From Hydrurus foetidus (Eukaryota), in contig UYFQ01000693.1 of the NCBI GenBank assembly GCA_900617105.1, positions 1 through 54,914 of the forward strand: 54,914 nucleotides of DNA, in the 5' to 3' direction. The notes beneath the pieces were generated by a model. It saw nothing but the letters and a program-made list of their open reading frames with translations. It ran no database searches and was not told where the DNA came from. Positions 11,183-22,472 of the stretch are shown piece by piece; position 1 is the first letter of the stretch; each line of letters starts with the position of its first letter. The position numbers and the translations under genes were made by a program.

Positions 11183-11862
11183 TACTGTTCGGGCCGAATC
11201 TAGATCCGTAGCTAGGGTGGCTTGACGTGGCTAACATTGTGCGCGATCAAAGACAAGGAGACCTGACACACCGTGACTAACACAGCTTCGAGTGCGGATG
11301 ACCCGAAGGGCTCCAAGCGTAGATATGCATGGACTCTTTCGATGCCACGAAGTCTGGCCTTCATTGTCTAGTTGCCTGATCTGATCTAGTAAACGAATCT
11401 GATACCCACCATGACAATTCTCAGTTGGAAATGAAAACAACCGGCCCTGCCAACCCATGTCCCGACGACTGAGGGCTCATGTAATGAAGCCCTACCCATT
11501 TAAAGTATACTAATCAACGCAGTGTGACAGATGAAATGCAGAGTGCAAATAAAGTGTGTGCTCGAAACTTGTTTGTTTACCTCTAGTAGTGACAAAAATG
11601 AAAGCTAGCATATTCAATCGAAGTGATTTTTTCATAAGCAAAAATATGTAAACTAGGAATTTAAAAGGCGCATAAGATAAGAGTAATTTTCATACACATT
11701 ATTTCTAAGTAGATTGGTTAAGGGAGAGGGAGAGATTTCAGGAAGAGGACGTAGGCGCCGTGAATTACGTTGATTCACGACATGTCCGTCACAGTATGTG
11801 TCAGATACAGAGAGAGAAGATGCGCAGAACGAGAGCCCAAGGTCCATCTTTTAGCTCTCCTG

Positions 11863-14800
11863 CTAGTGCTGGTTGAGCAACATGTTCAGTGCGACCTCTT
11901 CATCGTCATCAGCCGCACTCATGGCAGCAATCACCCAGTCCTCTTTGAACCCCATTGCGATGAGGCGTGTCCGCTGTAGCCAAGTAGTAGGGTCAGAGAG
12001 TAACTAAGACTACCGTACAATATACTGCGGAAGATACGTTTTAATATTTTGTATGATATTGCATGACGACAGGAGAAGAGAATGAAGGTGCATAATATGT
12101 GCGATAGAATAAGAACCTATGTGGCCTCTTGCTTTATCTTATCTCCTTACAGCTTGCAGTGTGGGACCCCCGGGTCTGGGTGGGCCGCGTCCCCCTCCGG
12201 CCGGCCCCCGACCCCCTTGAGGCCTGACCCCCGGACCTGGACCGGGTCCGTACCGTATAGGTGAGTTACCCCCATAATCGCTACCAGCGGTGCTGCCTGC
12301 TGTGCTGCCCGATGTGCTTCCTCTGAAATAAGAGAACATTCCTTTGGGCTCGTTGGCTAGAGCTGTCTGTTCGTTCGCATCAGCGAGGGCGTGCTCGAGT
12401 GCTGATATTCTTCTTGCAAAAGTCTGCAACTTCGCTTGGCCGTCTTTGTTTTTCTTCTTTTCTTCTTCCACATCAGCAGCCGCCAAGGCGTACTGCATTT
12501 TGTACGATATGAGGTCTGACATGACCTGGTCAGCCGAGTGCTCTGCATTGCTGCTCAGCTCCCCCTCGAGGGCTCTAACTTTCGCTTCAAGCTCCTTGCA
12601 CTTTCTGTCATTGTTCGCCTGGTTTGATGAGTCGCCTCTCCTAGCCCCTGGTGCGGAATATTCTTGAGCGCCGTATACGCTTCCGTCTACACTGCCGCTG
12701 TCAAGCTGACCCCTCGCTTCTGCCAACTGATTCTCTAGGTCGTCAATGAATGCAGAGGCTTGCTCTAGCTTTCCTCCGTATTTGTGAATTATCAATTTGC
12801 ATTCCTAAAGCAGAAACAGGAGAAGGAGAAGAAAGGAGTGAAAGCGTGAGTGGGTATCAAGAGGTAAAATAAGCGTGGAATGTAAGAGGATATATAGACA
12901 GTGAAGGTGATGTTAAAGGCAGTTAATGAAATCAAAGAAGAGAAGAAGAGAGGGAGGGGGGGAAACGCCCACACATACATTGACAGACAGACACACTTAT
13001 CAGTGCGATATTTAATTCATACTTTCAGTTCTTCCTCTACAGCGGACCCAGTGGCGAACGGATCAGGCCGGCTATGAGACCTAAGGGAATAGTTGGAAAG
13101 AAAATTGTACGAAGTTACGTAGAACAGTGGATGTCGATGTACTCCAAAGCAGAATGCCAATTGCATGGAATTCGAATATGAAATCAATGCGTTTGAGTAA
13201 ATATGGATTGAAGAATATGGTGTGAAGTAATTATCATCAATTGATTGTAAAACAACAATGAGGGAACGGAGCACACAGCTTAAGAACAGGATAGATAGGA
13301 GGTGTCGCTCGAAGATTACAACGGAACACACTTCGTGGCTTTGAGTCTCTCTAATTCCTCTTCGAGTTCCTTCATTTGGGACTGCAAATTATTCACATAT
13401 TCAGCTCCCTGTAAAAGTCCAATGAGTATTAGCATCATCAGATTAGATGAGATTAGATGAGATTAGATGAGATTGGATGAGATCAGATTAGATGAGATGA
13501 GATTAGATGAGATCGGATTGTGAGTGATGAAAAAAGAAACATTGTAAAGGGAAGGAGAGAGGAAGGAAGGGAGGGGGAAAGGGGGAGTGAGGCAGATAGA
13601 ATGAGAAGTAAATGTAACGCACCTCTTGCAGCTTCTTCAAGTACTCCTCGGACTGTTCTTTGTAGTACTGCGCTTCTTGCTTCTTCCCCTCCACTGCCTT
13701 CTCTGCCTCAGAAGTGCTTGACTCCAGGCGTATCTTAAGCAGCTCTAACTCATCTTCCAGATCGGATATCCTGTCAATGTTGGCATCATATCCACCCCCG
13801 GACCGTCCTCTGGTCCCAGATTTCTGACCCGCACTTCTCTCTAATCTCTCAAGCTTCTTTTTCGACTCTTCCGCTTCGTTTTGCGCTTCAAGGAGCTCGC
13901 TTCTGATGTCTTCTAGCTCTTCTGTGGTGACTTTTAAATCTCTCTCCAATCTGCTGATGGTATTCTCATGAGCAGGAGTAGGCTTGGGAGGTGATCTAAC
14001 CTCCCCCGTCTTGGCTTTAAGTTGTGCCTTGAGAGATGTCACGGTGACATCCATTGCTTGCATCTCCGCATTTAGCGCTTGAATCAATTCCGTCTTCACC
14101 TTCACTTCCTTCTGCAACTCTTTCACCAACTCCCCGCCCTGTGACAGTTGAGTCAAGTACGATTTGCAGTAAGTCTTACTTTGCTCCAGCTCGCTTTCTA
14201 GCACGTGTTTGCTCTCCAGTAGTTCACGCATTTCACTGCCGTTCTTTTCGTTTTTACTGTTTTTAGCTTTTCCTTTAGCATGGTTATCTTCATCTTCATC
14301 TAGAGATCTTCTTATCTGTAACGTCAAGTAGATAGGTTGAAGTGAGAAATCATGAAGGGAATTTATGAGACCAAAAATTCTGTTTGAAAAAATTGCTGTG
14401 AGAGGGTTGGTGTCTGATATGAGATGAAAGCGTGGAGAGTCAAATAAAAGTTGGGATAGTATGCTGCACGCATAGAGATGACATTAGCCTCGAAGATGGC
14501 CGTTTTACGTACCTCTTCCGCCTTCTTCATATTCTCCAGCTCGACTGTCAGTTCGTCCATTTGGGCCTGCAGGTTGTCCACGTATTCCGCTCCCTTCTCT
14601 AGTCTTGTCTCACACTCTGCCAGCTGGGCTCGGAGATCGTCTGCTTCTCCTTTGTGTCCGCTTTTGCCGTCTGTGTGTGGGGGAGGAGGGGTGGGTGGTT
14701 GTGCAAGGGGGAGGGGGATGTTTATGTGTGTGAGATTTAGTTCAATCGTGTAAGAGCGATGTGTGAAAGTACAGTGAAGTGCAGAGAGGTGTAGAGTGTG

Positions 14801-17800
14801 TGCATTAGGGGTGATGGTGTTGAATGCAATATATGTCCAAAAGTTGTCAACTAGTTGACACAATTATATCTGACTCACTTGGACTTTTATTCTTGGACGC
14901 TGCTTCGAGCTGCTCAGTGAGTTCCTGTACCTCTGACGTTAGATCGGATATCTGGGTCTTCTGGTAAGTGACGTACTCAGAAGCTTGCTCGATTTTCTCA
15001 TCCTTAGCAGCAATTTCATCCCTGATAATGAAATGAATAGAGCGTCAGAAATTGGTGAATGGGATGGTACAGGAAAATTTGCTGTTGAGATGCTTCTGTC
15101 AGAATCCAACAGATGTGATGTAAATTAGAAAACAAGCCAGATAGTGAATACAGTTATAATCCAAATAAGTAGTAGTAAGGATAAGATGAAAGAGAAGGAG
15201 AAGAAGGAGAAGAAATAAATGTAGAATAGGATAAAAAGAAAACGGGAGGAAGGACAAGGACATGGACAAGATGAGAAGGAGGGAGAAGAAGAATCAATTG
15301 AGCTAGATTAGCAAAGGAATCGCACTCATTTTGGTGGATGGCTGAATCGCTAAGAATGACTCGCAGGTAACAAGGGAGCATGAGAGAGAGCAACTGTGCA
15401 GATTCTCACCGTAATGCGGCCAGTTCGTCACGACCAGCCGGTGACGCTTTACCTCCTCTTTCCTTTCCGCCTTTCGACAACCTCTCCACTTCCCCAGTAG
15501 CCTGACCAAACATCAAGAAGACAGGAGGTTAATTGTGAGGTGTAACTTTTGAAGGTAAAGAACTACATTCTATTTAACATTCTTATCGGTTATGTGGTGT
15601 TTTTCACACCTCGTCAAGTTGCTCCTGTATGGTCTGCACGTACTTCGCACCATCTCTCAATTGGAGTAAGTACGCCTCTGCTCTAGCTTTTTGATCTTCC
15701 AATTCTTCTCTCAGCTGATGCACTTCCTTCTCCATTTCTTTGTCTTTGTCACTGCCTTTCATCCCGGCTCTGTTCGGATTGATTAAAGTGTTGATTTTTG
15801 TGTCAAAAATATGTCGTGAAGCATCTATTGGGGTTGGTATAGGAGGTGCGTTCAGGCGATGATCAATTGAGTAGAAGATATCAGGATCAGTGTTGCCTCA
15901 TGTATGCGCGTTGAATTGGATTGTGCTACACGGAGTTGCAATTCGCTTTATTGAAGCAGACACGATCTTGTTGGGGCGCTGATACTGTGTCTCTGTCGCA
16001 CACAGTCCACATATTCCCTACATCGCAGTACACTCATCCCCTTTCCTCGTCTCAAATCTCGTCACACCTCCCTCCCTCACTTCTCTTCTCTCATCATCTA
16101 TCCCCCTCCCCTCCTATTCTTGAGCTGCAACATGCACAGCCCTCTAATCATATACAAACTGAGATAAATATTCCTCTCTACTGACTAGTCTCTTCACACG
16201 TCCCTCTCCTCTCCCTCTCCTCTCCTCGCTCTTCCCCTGGAGCATGAACACATCGACAAACTATACCGCACCTTCTCGAACCTCCCTGCACTTGCTCTGT
16301 GAGATTCTGCACCTCTCCTGTGAGCGTTCCGATTTGCTCTTCTTGATAAGAAATAAACTCAGCAGCTTGCTTGAGTTTCACTTCTTGTAACTCTGCCTTT
16401 TCTCTACCTCGCTCTATTTCTTCTTGCAAAGCACGCACTTCAAAAGTGCTTGAGGGGTTACCTTTAGATTTTCCTGTGTGATCAGATGTGGTGATATCCG
16501 GATTTAAATATGCATACTGTCTGTTAGTTGTGATGTGCAAATTTGATAGTAGGCGACGGAATTAAACCGTGCAACGACTGAGAATGTTAGCCTTTCGTCT
16601 GAGAGTAGCACAGATGATGCAGAGTGAGTCACTACAAGATAAATGGCAGTCCGTTCTCGATTAAAAATTGTACATTGCTCAAGGCACTGTCTTGTGATTG
16701 AGGTAGTCTCCAAATGAACGCTGATCAATCAGATGTTCAGATGGTGGCTACTGCCTTGCTCACTATTCAGCGTGCATAAGACGAGTCAATAGCTTCAATG
16801 CAGCACCTTACGCATATCAAGAAGTTCCTGGTGAGTTCTCTGTTCTAAGTACAACTCATGAGAACTCTTGCGAGAACGTCAGCAACAAAATATAACAGAT
16901 ATGGGCTCATTTCTCCAACGTACTGCATTGCTATAAATGGATCAGTCTCACCTTCCACAATTTGTTGCTGCAGCATCCCTATAATCTCTTCCTGTTCTGC
17001 CCCCTCCTGTGTTAATTTACTAAGCTTATACTGCAGCTTATCTAGATCCATGCTGAGAGTCTCTGCTTTTTTAGTCGCTGCCTTGTTAGTCGCCATCGCA
17101 GCAGACATGGCCGATTCATACGCTTTGTCTGTGGTAGTCTGCATTTTCGAGGACTGTAAATCAGATTTAGAAGCACAGAAATTGTTGGGCTAGGATGTTA
17201 CGGATGCCACATGAAGAAAGAGCAGTGAGAAATTATGCAGATAGGATTGCACTGACAGAGACAGACCTCCAACCCCTTGGCCCCTGCACCGTTTCGTTTA
17301 CTTTCTCCACTAGACGAAGAGGGGTCTTCGAAGTCAGCAGTCTCGACAGGAATTATCGAGTCGTCTTCACCTTCACTTGTTTCGTCCGCTGTTACCTATG
17401 AATGAACATGAAGATTTCACATTGATTTGATGGCTCCAATACAGGATTGTGACTGACAGGAGTGGGATATTTATGGTGTGATTCAAATGAGGACTTTTTG
17501 AGAAGTTTCCATTTGAATTGTGGAATCTAAGCGTCTGATAAAATTTCAACACTGGAACCATGTTTATCCATCATCTGACCAAAACAGGATCATGCATCAG
17601 AATCAGTCATATCGAAAAATGGTCACCTCAGCTATGAATGTCGGTGTAATCACGACATCAATGCGCCCAACAGCGTCGTCATTGTTAGTTAGAGGGATGT
17701 TGAATTGTTGGGACTGAAAATCAGAGATCAGTCTGTGCAGAGGCAAACTGGTCATTCCCAGCCGAGTGAATCCCGTGCCACCAAGGGTGGACGCGGATGC

Positions 17801-18103
17801 TCGACGTACTGTCAATTTGCCGAACTTCTCCATATAACTCCCGGAATTGTCCTTGTGCAGAGTTGTCACAATCGATAGAGACTCATTGAAATCAATAGAT
17901 GCAGTCTGTCCCTTCATCAGTTTTGTCTTATGTTCAGATGATATTGCAAGTTTATAGCCACGCTCAAAGCAAACGCTGATGCCGGTGACGTAGTCTTTCT
18001 CTGCCGAATCGTTCGTCACGATAACCTTCTGAACCTCTATCTTAAATAGTACCCTTATATCTTGACCCTGTGACTGTAACTTTCTCTGTCCTCGAGTGAG
18101 CAT
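11863..18103 (-). CDS. NT-C2 (EEIG1/EHBP1-type) domain + long coiled coil + Gly/Pro/Arg-rich segment + C-terminal UBA domain protein, multi-exon
   Basis: First exon (17603-18160 ORF; ATG at 18103 or 18127): F.IEVQKV..ISVCFERG..IDFNESLSIVTTLHKD..YMEKFGKLTVR..LG..SLPL, NT-C2-like. Many coiled-coil exons follow. A phase-0 intron at 12150..11974 joins a last exon, 11973-11863, encoding RTRLIAMGFKEDWVIAAMSAADDDEEVALNMLLNQH* (UBA MGF loop and terminal LL); this exon is absent from the ORF track. Confidence 0.75.
13441..13514. repeat. (GATTA/GATGA)n pentamer microsatellite in intron
   Basis: gattagatgagattagatgagattagatgagattggatgagatcagattagatgagatgagattagatgagatc. Confidence 0.9.
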
Positions 18104-18182
18104 TGGATTATCTTCATAGTGTTTCATAATTGAACGTGTCAGTGAATCTCTTGCCGTCAAGGCGTGAAGTGCTCAGGGAGCC

Positions 18183-18563
18183 ACTTGACCAGTTCCACGT
18201 AGAAATGTAGAATCCTTTGACCTAGGCTAACACTTTCCTAGAATACGCAAGAAACAAGAAGGGAAAAGGGAACCGTTGTGTCTCCAAGGGGTCTCTTTCG
18301 AAAGTGTTGTTTGGTCAAGTCCGGCCGGGGGGGGAAGAGAGCTCGAGTTCTCTTACACGGTTTCAGTGTGGGTTGGTCTTTGTGGTGATCGACCTGAGAT
18401 ATAAGCTTGAGCTGAAGCCTGAGCTTCATTTCTCAAGCCTTGGGAAGAAGGGAACAGCCAGCTTGAATGTTCTTGATGGAGTGATCAAAGATATTTTTAA
18501 TTAGCTTGGAGTCGCAGCCATTGTGGACGAGTGTTTTTGGGAGAACTCAACCCCGAAAACGGG
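18183..18563 (+). ncRNA. Candidate structured RNA or structured 5' leader, class unknown
   Basis: Two nested perfect 9-bp helices plus five or six back-to-back hairpins with G-U pairs on the + strand; T5 run at 18494-18498. No recognisable family signature. Confidence 0.3.
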
Positions 18564-18567
18564 CCAG

Positions 18568-21500
18568 ATGCGTTGCTTAGTTCAGTTTTCGCAGGAGTTT
18601 CATTGGGTCAACTTTCGATTCGCAGAGCTAGATGCACTCTTAATACTAAGTGGGATTGAACCAGCAGCAGCGTATACATTCGACGAAACGAAGAATGGGA
18701 CAGATAACGCGTTTCTGTGCATAGATCTGCCTGGCTGGGATGTTGCCAGAAGTATGTGTGAGAGGTCTATCCTAATCAAAGCAATTTACGAGTTATGGTG
18801 CATTGAATCAACGCTTGGAGAACTTATAGAAAGTGCAAAATTGCTGCCGGTATCATTTCTTGAGCCATATATGAGTTTGGAGAAGTCATGGTCTGTAAAT
18901 GTTGATACCCATTGCAAAAGTTACAGCATGTCAGAGAAGGAGTTCTGCAGAAATCAATTTAGATTTCTTGATTTTAAGGGCAAAGTCAGTTTGGGCGATG
19001 CAGATGTACAATTATGGATATTACTGGACCATTCTCTGCAAAAGAATGATGGAGAGGTGATAGCGCACAACAGCTTCAGAAGAGGCTCATTTAGAATCAT
19101 CAGCTGATATTAACCAAATAATCGTGCCATGCAGGATACTGCCGAGAAGTCGAAGATTCCTGATGTCCCTTCTTACTTGTGTAGACTACTCGCTAGGGGA
19201 GGTATGAAGGAGGAGCTTAAGAAATATGGTAGGTGTTCTATGTCGGAGATCAAGAAACTTGTGCTCAATTAATGTCATCGATTAGTGGCATCAAAGTGGC
19301 TTAATTATATTCTTTCATAAAAATTGAAGTCACTGCAACTTCTTTGTAACGCTGGTGCGAGTGTTTACTATTAAAACAGTTATTCTGTAGCTGCTTGAAA
19401 ATGGTTTTCGACGCGTTGACTTAAAACGCATTGATGCTGTGACCGATAAATGTCAAAAGAGGCATAAAAGGTCCATTCCATTCTTTTGCTTGCTACTTCT
19501 GCCTTTTATTGTGTTTTTTATTTATCTAAGCACAACATTCTGTGATTCCTGACAGAACTCTATTGTGTAAGAATCCAGCGAAACGCTCCAGCTATATAAC
19601 ACTTCGTTATTAATTTTTTTATCAGCAGTTCTCTACAGGCAATTATTTTGATGTTCAGCGTGTGAATTGGAACTCAATAAATCATCTTCATCTTGCGTTA
19701 ACTCTCGATATTTTCCCCTTCTTCTGTGCACGTTACATCACTCATTCCCTCCTCACTCATTCCTCTCCTCACTCATTGCCTCCTCGCTCACAAACCCATT
19801 CAGATCTCAAAAAAAGACTCTATCTCGGACCTACCTCTCTGGACCCCTCCCTGGCCCTCATAATGGCCAACATGGCGGGGCTGAAGAAGGGACAATTAGC
19901 TTTCGACCCCTTCGCAGGCACTGCTTCTATCCTAGTGGCTCTCGCTCATTTCGGTATGGACCTTGGACGTTACATTCCAAAATTGAATTTGTTTGGATAT
20001 GTGAAACGGTTTTTAGTTTTTGTTGCTTTATTGTTTACTGTCATGACACCCTGTCTAACATTTCTTTTGTTTCCGTAATGTTTTTCTCACTTCCTTGACT
20101 CCATTGTATTACCTCTATGGCAGGAATCTAAATTATACTTTACCCGTGATGTAACAGGTGCGAAGTGCTTCGGGTCCGATATTGACCCCAGGGTTTTAAG
20201 GGGTCAAATGTATGCGGGCAGTGCAGACCAGTCCAGTGACCACACTAAGAGAGACATATTCGAGAACTTTAAAAAATATTCTCTGGAGATGCCTGAACTG
20301 ATTCGCATGGACAACCATCTGTTAGACAGACACATACACCTACGTCACAATAACACGCCAGGCAACACTGGTAGTAGCAGCAGCAGTGCTGTTAATATTG
20401 ACAGGAACTTGGACTTCATGTCCGGAATGTTCGACGTCATAGTTACCGACCCTCCATACGGAATCAGAGCAGGGGCGAAGAAATCCGGTAAGCACGGCCA
20501 ATATCGGCGATATCAAATCTGCACAACAATTTTCTGTACTCTCTTCTCTATCTTTCCCAGCGCCTCATCCCACACTCACCTTACCTATTTTAACCCTCCT
20601 CCTCCCTCCGCCCCTGTTCCCCTCTCTGTAGGCAAAAGGAAACAGGTGACTTACACGGTATCTGCTGACCGTCGACAAGACCACATTCCTAGCACTCAGC
20701 ACTATGCGGTGGAAGAGGTCATGCTAGATCTCCTCCACACAGCAGCACGTACACTTGTGATGTACGTACGAGAGTCCCCTTCCATTTTCTGTTTTCAATT
20801 TTCGCTTGTGTTGTACTGTACTGCGTCATACATGTGCTGCATGTAGTTGGTGGCACCGACTGTTACTTACTTTCTCAAGTATTATATGTTCGCTAATTGA
20901 AGCGCTGCAATACGTCAGCACAGTATTTACACATCACATTTGTCTGCTAAGCAGTACAGAACGTCGAAGGTTGCGGTATTAACTTATCAATCGGTAGCAG
21001 AATCAGAATCAATAGATACACCATCCAATAGTCAATGTCATAACTGCTGCCATCTTTTTTACTAATATCCGCTCCATTCTGTCATTTCTTACAGTGGAGG
21101 CAAGCTCGCGTACTTGATACCTACAGTGCTCAATTTCAGCTGCGAGTTCCTGCCCACACACCCCTGCCTTCGGTTCGAGAGACTGTGCGAGCAGCAGCTA
21201 TCCACTAGACACAGCAGACACGCTGTGCTCATGATCAAATACAGGTTGGTGTGAATCTAGGGCTGTAATGTGTCGTAAGAATTTGATTTGTGTTGTTGTC
21301 GTAGACCGTACGTGGCAGCAGAGAACAGTTGATTCAACAACACCGTATAATATCTTATCATATTGCAGAGATTACACCCCATCACTCGAAGAGGAGTTCA
21401 ACGCATACAAGCAACAAGTAGTGTCCGGTCAGGATCTCGGGTTTGGGTCCTTGATGACTAGATTAGAAGCAGCTCTGTCAGTGGGTGCGTACGAAGACTT

Positions 21501-21672
21501 GGCAGTGGTGAAGAAGTGCAGCAACTCGAGTATTAAGAGAAAAGAGAGCAAGATTAGACGTGCAAAGAGGAGGGAAGAAGGGTCGGAGCCGTCCTGGCAA
21601 CCTAGAGAACAAGATAGTACTGTACCTTGTGACGTCAGTTTGTCTGAATCTGTCTGCGATGACGCACTATAG
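18568..21672 (+). CDS. TRM11: tRNA (guanine-10-N2)-methyltransferase Trm11, multi-exon
   Basis: FRFAELDAL, ERSILIKAIYELW, LKKRLYLGPTSLDPSLALIMANMA, FDPFAGTASIL, GSDID, FDVIVTDPPYGIRAG, LPTHPCL. Confidence 0.93.
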
Positions 21673-22472
21673 GTACGGATCGGTCTTCATCTTAAAGCTA
21701 CATCTTTTGAAATTCCAGAACTGTGCATTCCAAATATTTCACTCATTGATTTGTAATAGAAAGAATTATCTTTGGGATATTTATGGGGCAAATCTGCTTA
21801 TCTTCAAAGGATGAGATTCCCACAGTAAAGTTCCACACTTACTGATGGTCAACTAGGATTGGAAATGCTATGTATGGAACTATGCCGACTGCTATGGATG
21901 AGTGCCTCTCTGCATGCACTGATTGCAGATTGCGTAATTGGGATGGCATCTATTCAAACGGTCGAGAGTGGGTGGAGGAAGGCTGTTTGACTCACTCAAT
22001 CATGGCTACGTCCTCAAATCTTGTCCAAATCCTAGATCCCAGAACATTCAGTTTCCCAAAACTACGACTCAAACATAGGGTACAACTTTAACGAATGATA
22101 AAAAGCATTGCGTCTGAACCAGAGCTGTTTCAAATTTGACTTCGGGAGGAAATGATGAAGGAAGGAATTCTAGATTCTACAGTCATCTTGAAAATAAGGT
22201 ATTTTTCTCTGTTTTTTAAGTTCTTCGTTATGGGCCCGGAACGTCCCGTCCCCCGGTTACGTCCCCAAATGTGGCCGTTGAGAATCAGAGCATCGCCGAA
22301 AAGTTCGATGGGCAGACATCGTATGCATAATGTGCAGGCGTAGATGGCGTCTGATAAAGCTCGATAATTTCGCCATTGAAAAGAAAACGACCAAATCTCC
22401 CTGCGAATAATCTACGGCAATCTTAACTCGTGCCGAAAATCCACTCAAAAGCGGTCAGATAAAAACTTCGAC

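Noticed and set aside
12139..12150. Stop at 12139 as the end of the coiled-coil gene
   Set aside because: A GTAAG donor at 12150 splices in frame to a UBA-encoding exon, which is more plausible; intron retention remains possible.
18212..18498. Assignment as RNase MRP/P, SRP, U3 or telomerase RNA
   Set aside because: CCTAGGCTAACAC resembles the human MRP P3 region, but the CR-I/CR-V sequences, SRP helix-8 motif, U3 boxes and a CCCTAA template are not present. Left unclassified.
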